Source: an uncultured Anaerolineales bacterium (GTDB lineage Bacteria; Chloroflexota; Anaerolineae; Anaerolineales; UBA11579). From it: a stretch of 37,133 nucleotides of DNA. A program made the position numbers and the translations under genes. The notes beneath the pieces were generated by a model. The model was not told the origin of the DNA and made no database searches. It saw only the letters and a program-made list of their open reading frames with translations. The stretch lies in assembly GCA_965370435.1 (NCBI GenBank), contig CBDUUP010000003.1:1-37133 (forward strand). Direction: 5' to 3'. This document shows positions 26,546 to 34,300 of this stretch, piece after piece. Within the stretch, counting starts at the first letter, position 1, and every line of letters begins with the position of its first letter.

Positions 26546-27718
26546 TTAAGGGTCGCCGAAAAATGCTTCGATAGCGGCCTGGATTACCGGGTTCGAGCTG
26601 GGATCGTCTTGGGCGATGAGGATGTCCGGCTGCAAGCCCACCCCGCCGATTGGATCGTCCAATCCCGGCACCCACCAACGAGCCGCGGTGACGTGTAAAC
26701 TGGAGTCGTCCCGCAGATCGAATACCAATTGGATCGAATCCTTGCCGTAGGTTGGAGCGCCAATGAGCAAGGCCCGTCCATGCGCCTGGAGCGCACCAGC
26801 GATGATCTCCGATGCGCTGGCGGTATAGTGGTTGACCAGAACCACCAAGGGGATATCGGCTAGCGGGCCGGGGCTGTTGACATCAAACTGCTCTACATCC
26901 TGGCCGCGGAACTGTTGTTCAATAATGACTCCTTCGCTTAGAAAGAGACGGGCGATGTCAATTCCTGCGTCAAGCAGCCCGCCGCCGTTGTTGCGCAGAT
27001 CCAGGGCAAAATGGGTCGCGCCTTGCTCCTGAAGATCGGCCACAGCCTTCTCGATTTCATCCGCGGTGCTGGCCGCGATAATGTTGACCTCGATAACCCC
27101 CAGCCGCGGCTCGGATGGCTCTAGATGCCAGGTCACCGAGGGGATGGGGATGTCGATGCGCTCGATCTCAAATTCGAGAGTTTCGCCATCCGGTTGGCGA
27201 AGGATGGTGATCGTGACTTCGCTTCCCTCCTCTCCCCGGATGGCGGATTGAACCTCTTCATAGCTGGTTTCCGCGAATATTTCGGTGTCGTCCACCCTCA
27301 TCAGGCGGTCGCCGTCCTGCATCCCTGCCTCGACTGCGGGGCCATCGGGGAAGGGGTAGAGGATGATGAAATTCTCCTCATCCCGCGCCAGGCGCACTCC
27401 AATCCCGCCATAATGGCCTTCAAGGACGTCGGTTTGCAATTCATGCTGAGGCGGCTCCACGAATACGGTGTATGGCTCGCCGTAGGCTTGGAGCAAGCCG
27501 TGGATCATCCCATATTCAAGGGCCGGAGCTTCTGGCAGCGGGTCGTAGGCATGTTTCTCAAGTAGTTCGTAGGTTTGCAAGAGGATGGCGAATTGGTCGG
27601 TGCTGGGACCAAAATATTGATTGAATAGGTACCCGGCAACAAAAGCCAGTACTACGTTCAAGATGGAGAGGAGGGTGTTGATGAGATTGCTTCGGTTTAT
27701 TTTCATGTAGTCGCTCAC
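26546..27718 (-). CDS. ctpA: S41A C-terminal processing peptidase with PDZ domain
   Basis: N-terminal TM; GIGV...GPA..AG.Q.GD PDZ; LDLRNNGGGLL; catalytic Ser in TASASEIIAGALQ and Lys in TYGK; GLQPDI. Confidence 0.92.
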   Translation of the reverse strand: MSDYMKINRSNLINTLLSILNVVLAFVAGYLFNQYFGPSTDQFAILLQTYELLEKHAYDPLPEAPALEYGMIHGLLQAYGEPYTVFVEPPQHELQTDVLEGHYGGIGVRLARDEENFIILYPFPDGPAVEAGMQDGDRLMRVDDTEIFAETSYEEVQSAIRGEEGSEVTITILRQPDGETLEFEIERIDIPIPSVTWHLEPSEPRLGVIEVNIIAASTADEIEKAVADLQEQGATHFALDLRNNGGGLLDAGIDIARLFLSEGVIIEQQFRGQDVEQFDVNSPGPLADIPLVVLVNHYTASASEIIAGALQAHGRALLIGAPTYGKDSIQLVFDLRDDSSLHVTAARWWVPGLDDPIGGVGLQPDILIAQDDPSSNPVIQAAIEAFFGDP

Positions 27719-27858
27719 TTGAATAATTTGGTTGATAGGATGGTAAAGTTTATCATAACTAGTGTTATGGCAATCATGATTTACAGGTTTGAAGCCTGAG
27801 CAACCTTCGCAAGGCTTAGCGCATCTCTGCGATTTAGCCTTGACAGCTTACTAGATGG

Positions 27859-27906
27859 GAAGCATCCTGAGCCGGTGCGAAGCATCCTGAGCCTGTCGAA
27901 GGATGC
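27859..27906. repeat. REP-like element CATCCTGAGCCTGTCGAAGGATG with a partial tandem duplication
   Basis: GAAGCATCCTGAGCC at 27859-27873 and 27879-27893. The second copy closes the stem GCATCC...GGATGC (27882-27906). Confidence 0.65.
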
Positions 27907-27940
27907 GACTCGTAGAACTAGAATCGACATCCGAATTCAT

Positions 27941-27970
27941 TTGACGAGCAATCCACAATGGGAGTACAAT
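27941..27970 (+). promoter_or_regulatory. Sigma70-type promoter for the phosphoesterase gene
   Basis: TTGACG-N18-TACAAT; GGGAG SD before the ATG at 28014. Confidence 0.6.
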
Positions 27971-28013
27971 CAGAGTACTAAATAGACCGTAAGATTATCC
28001 GGGAGAAAAGAAT

Positions 28014-28505
28014 ATGCGCATAGCTATTATCAGCGACACCCACGATAATATCTGGAAATTAGATAGCGCCATGCCCCAATTGGCTCGGGCCGACGCGATA
28101 ATCCATTGCGGCGATATTTGCTCGCCCTTTGTGGTTAAACAGTTGGGAGAGGGCTTGCAGGATATACCGGTCCACATCGTTTGGGGCAATAATGATGGCG
28201 ACCACCGCCTCTTGATGCTGACCGCCGCCCAAGCTGGAAACATCCATATTCATGGAGAATTCGCCGACCTTACCCTGGGGGGCTTGAAGGTCGCCGTGAG
28301 CCATTATCCTGAGATCGCTCGCCCCATCGCCGAATCAGGTCGCTATGACTTGGTTTGCTACGGCCATGATCACACCGCCAACGAGGAAGAGGTCGGCCGA
28401 ACCCTGCTCCTCAACCCCGGCGAGATGATGGGGATGAAAGGGCGCAGCTCCCTGGTCTTATTCACTACCGCCCAGAAAAAAGTGGTCTGGGTGGATATTA
28501 ACTAA
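28014..28505 (+). CDS. YfcE/MJ0936-family metallophosphoesterase
   Basis: Calcineurin-like motifs SDTH, HCGD, GNND, SH, GHDH and NPG. Confidence 0.92.
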   Translation: MRIAIISDTHDNIWKLDSAMPQLARADAIIHCGDICSPFVVKQLGEGLQDIPVHIVWGNNDGDHRLLMLTAAQAGNIHIHGEFADLTLGGLKVAVSHYPEIARPIAESGRYDLVCYGHDHTANEEEVGRTLLLNPGEMMGMKGRSSLVLFTTAQKKVVWVDIN

Positions 28506-28549
28506 TCCATCGTTGCCTAAATTTTGTTAGGGCTGCTAATTTTATTTAA

Positions 28550-28619
28550 CACCAAGACACGAAGGCACAAAGACACAAATATTTTTGGTTTTTCTTCGTG
28601 TCTTGGTGCCTTCGTGGTG
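28550..28619. repeat. Inverted element built from 8-nt tandem units
   Basis: Left arm CACCAAGA-CACGAAGG-CACAAAGA-CACAAA; right arm CTTCGTGT-CTTGGTGC-CTTCGTGG-TG. Includes a perfect 15-bp inverted repeat (28550-28564 / 28594-28608). Confidence 0.75.
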
Positions 28620-28653
28620 AAATTTTCGACTGTATTCTATTGGTAAGTTATCC

Positions 28654-31311
28654 CTATCGCGACACCGACAATTTCGTGATCTTCCCTTCGGTATCAAACG
28701 TCATGCGGGCGTAGTGGTGATGCGTGTAAGGATTGCTCTCCACTTGCTTGCTAAGGACCACCACGCGCCGCGCTGGCGAATCAGCCGAGGGAGATTTGGT
28801 TTTAAACTGAGCTGTAGGGCAGGAGTGATTATCACCCCGGCATTCCGCGTGAACTTGATTGTATTCCAACCGGGCATTCTGCATTCCGGGTAGATATTGT
28901 TCCACCACGCCTTTGACCCGGGCCATTACGTCCTGGGGCACCGGCTGGGAGATGGCCCGATCTCCAACTCGGTCGCAGACCGTTTTCACCTGGGCGGATG
29001 GTTTCTGGGCGCGCATCACCGTCTTGGGAAGGGGGACTGCGTCCAAGACCAGGGGTTGCGCCAAAGGATCTCCATACAAGATGAATGAGATGAGCGTTTT
29101 TTGATCCTCACCGTCCAGGTATCCTTGCCGGGTGTGCATCTCGCGGGCCAGGCTGATCTTGGCTCGCCGCAGGGCTTCCCCGGCCGGCATTCCCAACCGC
29201 AGCATTTTCCAGAAAGAGTGCCCCAGTAGATCGGCCGCGATGAGCGGCGTCGTAATTGACCCGTAGGAGGTGACCGTCGAACCGATGACGGCCTGGGTGC
29301 CTGAATCTAGAAATTTCAGGGCCAGGGCCTGGTCAATTGTCTTGTCCATAATATGGGCGCCGTAGCAGGCCTCGCTGAACACAATATGCGGAGCTCGCCC
29401 GCCGTTGACCACGTCTTGCGGGCGAAGGGCCACCGGATAATCCGGCCCCGCGGTCTCCGCGAACGGATCCCGCTGCCCGTACCATTCCGAAGAGTCAATC
29501 AGGCCGTGCAGGTTGAAATATCCCAACTGAGCTGGACCCAACCCTTTTCCCGGCAGCGCTTCCGCCTCCGTGGGCGGCGAACTGAGGAGATGACGCGGCT
29601 CCCCAATGGGACGGAATACGGATAGGGAGGCTTTTCGCCAGACCTCGGCGGTATATCCAAAATTGGTCCGGTTGGCTCTGCGCCGGGGAATGAATCTGGC
29701 TAAAATCTTATCCCACAACCGCCGCAGCCAGGACACCGATTTGGGGAATGAATTCTGGTTTTGGGTGATATTGCGTAAGGCTTGAAGAAGGGGACCTGGG
29801 TCGCTACCGTTGCCTCCCGGCACGCGGCCCACCGGCCATTCGGGGATGAAGTAATTCTCATCCCTGGTGGCGTAAGGATTGTCCGAGGGCACGTCTGCGT
29901 CTGTGTCGTCAACCGGGTTGGGTAAATGGTGGAAGGGAACCACCTCCGGCCCCCCCACGATGAGCAGCGCACCGATCATCTCCCCGCGCTTTCCCAGCGA
30001 ATCATCCAGGTCTGCCAGAGTCAGTTTTAGACCCCAGGGATCATCGGCCTTGACCGGTTTGACTTTGAAGGCCGCTGTACTCACAGGGTCATCCCCATAA
30101 AATAGGATTGCGCCCCAATCGTGGCGGCGGCGGACTGCTTCTACCAACAGCTTCATCTGTTCGTCCAGCAGAGCGGCGGTCTGAGCGCCGTATTTATTCT
30201 CCAGCCCGCGGCGGGCGCTGAAAACTACGTATACCGGGAAGCGTCCATCCGAACGGGCGATGTGGTTCTGATTGAGGTTTTCGCCGACCTGTTCCAACTC
30301 ATTCTGCACCGAAAGCAAAATCTCGGCCGGTGAGAGTTCTGGCGATGGGGGAGGCGCTTTTGTTTCCAGTTCAAATGTATCTTCCACAGAAGCCTGAGGT
30401 TCTTCTTTTGGCTGCGGATGAGTTTGGGGTTTAGTGGCCGGTGTTTTGGCCTCTGGAATTTCTACTGGTTGGGGCAGTACGGTTGAAACAATGTCACCGG
30501 CTGGCAGTTGGTTCCAGCCCAGCGCCGCGGCTACCCCAGCGGGAACAGGGATGTCCAGGTAAGCCTGGAGGCCTTCCGGCCAAAGTGAGCGGTATGGATG
30601 GTCTTGGCCCCACAAGCGGATCGGGGCCAACCCGCAAACATCATTGGCCGCGGCTTTATGCAGCAGGGAGACCGCCTGCTCGGAATGGCCGCTGTCCATC
30701 AACGAATCGGCCAGCATCAGGCTGCAAACCAGGTTGTCGGGCCATTGCTTGATATAGAGATCCAACAGTTTGCGAGTCGCCATCCAGTTGCCCGACGCGT
30801 GGGAGATTTGCAAATGGGTGACCGCGATCAACGGCGTCTTGGACTCTTCGAGGAGCGCTTGTTGGATTTGGGCGGTCGCTTGCTCGGCATCTCCGGCTTT
30901 CAAGTATTGCCGGGCTTGTTGCAGCGCCTCTCCCCACCGGGCAATTGCTTGCGTTGGAGGCAGTCTCCCGCCCAGGGCCAAGACGCAAGCGGCTGATTCG
31001 GCGGTCTCAGACTGATTGTTGGCCTTGCGTAAATATGTCAAATGCCGCTGAAAGTCGAGATTCTCTGGGTCAACCGTGCAAAGTGTATCAAGGGCCTGGA
31101 TAGCCTCCCCGCCGCGCCCAAGAGCATAGGTAGCCTGTGCAAGAAGGAATTGAACCTGTAGATCGCCAGGATAGGCAGCCAGCCAGGCTTTAGCGATCTT
31201 GTGGGCAAAAGTATATTCCCGGGCGGTCAGTCCGGTGGATGTCAGAGTTACGAAATGCGATCTTGGCGCCGGTTGGTTGTGAGTTATCGGAGGAATTGAA
31301 ATGGATTTCAT
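28654..31311 (-). CDS. N-terminal TPR plus C25 (gingipain-like, caspase-hemoglobinase fold) cysteine peptidase, no signal peptide
   Basis: TPR-like helices over roughly aa 25-240 and a Pro/Glu linker. C25 motifs LLIVGG..VVPF, SDNPYA and PEWPVGRVP; putative dyad His602 (FNLHG) and Cys649 (SEACYG); closing strand FILYGDP. Confidence 0.8.
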   Translation of the reverse strand: MKSISIPPITHNQPAPRSHFVTLTSTGLTAREYTFAHKIAKAWLAAYPGDLQVQFLLAQATYALGRGGEAIQALDTLCTVDPENLDFQRHLTYLRKANNQSETAESAACVLALGGRLPPTQAIARWGEALQQARQYLKAGDAEQATAQIQQALLEESKTPLIAVTHLQISHASGNWMATRKLLDLYIKQWPDNLVCSLMLADSLMDSGHSEQAVSLLHKAAANDVCGLAPIRLWGQDHPYRSLWPEGLQAYLDIPVPAGVAAALGWNQLPAGDIVSTVLPQPVEIPEAKTPATKPQTHPQPKEEPQASVEDTFELETKAPPPSPELSPAEILLSVQNELEQVGENLNQNHIARSDGRFPVYVVFSARRGLENKYGAQTAALLDEQMKLLVEAVRRRHDWGAILFYGDDPVSTAAFKVKPVKADDPWGLKLTLADLDDSLGKRGEMIGALLIVGGPEVVPFHHLPNPVDDTDADVPSDNPYATRDENYFIPEWPVGRVPGGNGSDPGPLLQALRNITQNQNSFPKSVSWLRRLWDKILARFIPRRRANRTNFGYTAEVWRKASLSVFRPIGEPRHLLSSPPTEAEALPGKGLGPAQLGYFNLHGLIDSSEWYGQRDPFAETAGPDYPVALRPQDVVNGGRAPHIVFSEACYGAHIMDKTIDQALALKFLDSGTQAVIGSTVTSYGSITTPLIAADLLGHSFWKMLRLGMPAGEALRRAKISLAREMHTRQGYLDGEDQKTLISFILYGDPLAQPLVLDAVPLPKTVMRAQKPSAQVKTVCDRVGDRAISQPVPQDVMARVKGVVEQYLPGMQNARLEYNQVHAECRGDNHSCPTAQFKTKSPSADSPARRVVVLSKQVESNPYTHHHYARMTFDTEGKITKLSVSR

Positions 31312-31316
31312 AAGAG

Positions 31317-34300
31317 TTACGAGGCCTCAGCGGGGTGGTGGACGAGGTTGAGGGCGACGACCGCGGCCAACTTGCGTTGGATAGTTACGTCTCTGGGCGC
31401 TAGAGCAGAGGCGCGTTTCAGCATAGCTTCCGCGCCGATATAATCTTTGCTGCCTTTGAGGATCAATCCGGCTTGATAATAAGGTCGGGAGTCGTCTGGC
31501 ACAACCTCAATGGCTTGTTCGTAAGTTTGAAGGGCCTGGTTGTACTGGCGGCGTTCCTGTTGGGCCCTGCCCAGTTCGAGATAAGGGTCCAGCAAAGCTG
31601 GAGATTGGCGGATCGCTTCGCTGAGATGGTGGATGGCCTGGTCTAGTTGTCCGGCCCGCCGCAATAAATGGCCCACCAGGTAATGGAGGTTGGCCTGTTC
31701 GGCGATGGGCAGGTCGGCGGCGTTGCCCCGCAAAGCCCTCTGGGCATATTGCACCGCTTCTTTGGATTGTCCTGCCTCAGCCAAAGCGGCCGCCAATGGC
31801 GCAAGAACCTCAGAATGATTGGGGTACTTTTTGGCAGTTTCCTGCAAAGCCTCCAGCGCAGCCCCAAAACCAACTGAACGGCGCAGCAAACGCGCCCTTT
31901 CCAGGAGCAGAGGAAGGGGGTCGTCAGCCAGAGGCAAGATGTTTTCCACCGCCCTCAACGCTTCTTCGGGACGGTCCTGGGTGTCAAGCACGCGCGCCAT
32001 CAAAACCAGCACCTCAGGCTCATTTGGCTGGATGCGCAGCGCAGCTTTAGCGTATTTTTCGGCGTTCTTGATGTCATCGCTTTGTAATGCGATTTTCGAA
32101 CGAAGAAGCAATGGCGCAATGTTGCTGGGAGCCAGCGTGATGGCCCGTTCCGCACAGGTGGTTGCCTGAGGGAGATCGCCGTTGGAGTGGTGAGCCTTCG
32201 CCAGCGCCAACCATGCCTCCAAGTTTTCAGGCTCCAGGTGGCAAGCTCTCTCCAGCGCGGTGACAGCTTTTCCCGGCATTCTATTTTCCAGGCAGGCATG
32301 ACCCAGCGCTAGAAAATGGGGCGTGTATTTGGGTTCCAATTGGCTGGCAGTTTCGAGGTGCTTTATCGCCGCCGATGAATTTCCACTGACCCGGCAGAGT
32401 TTCGCCGCCAGGGCATGCCAGCGAGGTTCGCCTGGATAAATCGCCAGCGCGGTTTGTATAGCCTGGACTGCGAGGGACACTTCTCCGGTACGGGGAGCGA
32501 TCCGGGCCAGGATCACGTGGTTGAAGGGGTTCGATGGACAGAGTTCAATCACGTTTTTTATAGCCGCTATCGCCTCCGTAGGATGAACACTCTCCAAGGT
32601 AAGCGCCAATTCAGCTTGCACTAGATGGGAATCCGGAAAATCCTTAGCGATCTGCCTTGCGCCTTCAAAATCCCCGCTCTCTCGGAGGGCTGCCATCCAG
32701 GCCGCGGTGTCCTCCTCGTTCGGAGGCAGAGCAGAAAATGCCTGGATATTGTGGGCGTTGGGATGGAATACTGCCGGGCCGCGGACCTGCCAGCGGGTGA
32801 TCTCCAGATGGGGATGTTCCGACATCGCCCCCCGTCCCACCGCCTGCATTGCGCCTTTAAACAGACGATGGGCATGCGAGCCTATTGCCGCTTCTCCAGG
32901 AGCATGGCTCACCGCCTCCATTGTTTGGCATTTACGCTGAACCTCGGCCCGAGAAACCAGCGCCCGGGCCAGCCGAAGGTGAGGCAGAGATTCGCGGGGC
33001 GAGTTTGCCACTGCTTGTTTTAGCAGGAATATGCAGGCATCCCAATGTTCCAGGTCCAGGGCTGCCTCCGCCGCCGAAAGCAAAGTGTTGGTGGCGTGTT
33101 CGTCTTTGGGTGATACCTGATCGCCGATAGTTTCGAGGGCGGTCTCCAGCACTTTCTCGGCGGCTGGTTTATCGCCTCTCCGAGACGTGAGCCGGGATTG
33201 GAGGGCTAATACTCGCGGGTGATTTGAATCGATTTGTATGGCGATGGTCAAGGCTTCGGCCGCAGCAACTTCTTGATTGGCCTCTAGCGCTAACTCCGCT
33301 CTGAGGCAATGATAATGTTTGAAAAGTTGGTTGTCCTGGAAGGCTTGGGGCGTTTCAAGGTTTATAAGCTTTCGAGCCAAATCGGTTTGCAAATTGGTTC
33401 GGGCGAGATCGGCAGCCAGATAATATAAGGCCGGATCCTCTGGCGAGAGTTTGATCGCCTCTTGAGCTTGAACCAGGGCTTCGGCGTATTCGCCTGCGGA
33501 TCGCAGCACCCGGGCCATTTTTTTATACAGACTGGCGTCTTCCGGTTGAAGATTGCCTGCGTGTTCCAGACAGGCTAGGGCCGCTTGCGGACGTTTGAGT
33601 TCCAGGAGCAGATCGGCCTTGGTGATATAAAGGGTGGGATCATCTGATTTCCCGGTGATTGCCTGTTCGATAACCTTCAGGGCTTCCTCAAGCTCCTCGT
33701 TGGCCTGATGAACTTCAGCCAGCTCGACTAATAAATCCGCGCTCGCTTCGGGTTCAAGCGTCAAGGCCCGGGTGAGGCATTCCGCAGCGCGGTCGGGTCT
33801 ATCCAGGCGCAGGAAACCCCGGGCTGCATGGCGCAAGTCGTTGGTCGTGGCGTGCTCCGATTCCAGGATCTGGGTGAATGCCTTTTCAGCCGCCGTAGTG
33901 TTGCCGGTGAACAACAAGGCATGTCCCAGTCTACTTTGTAAATGAGTTTGCGTAGGCGCAAGTTGAGCCGCCCGTTCCAGGGCCTTTATGGCCTCTTTCT
34001 CTGCATCCAATCGGAACGCCAACTCACCAAACCAGATGAGAGTCTCAATATCTTCTGGCGCGCAACCCTGAGCGGCCCGTGCGGTCATCATGGCGTTATC
34101 TTTCAGTCCTGCGGCGAAATAGGCTTCTGATAGGGTTCTGAGAATTTCTGGGGTCTGTTGGGTTTCGTTGGCGAGTTCATCCAGAATAGCGATGGCAGTT
34201 TCGGGTTGCTCCAGCACCAAAGCCGCTCTAGCCAGTCCAACACATAACCGCGATCGCCACCCCTCATCTTGGGCCAGGTCGCTTTCCAACGCCTGTTGGT

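Noticed and set aside
28014-28505. Phosphoesterase as part of the TPR-protease system
   Set aside because: It is on the opposite strand with its own promoter, is separated by a repeat element, and belongs to a common standalone family.
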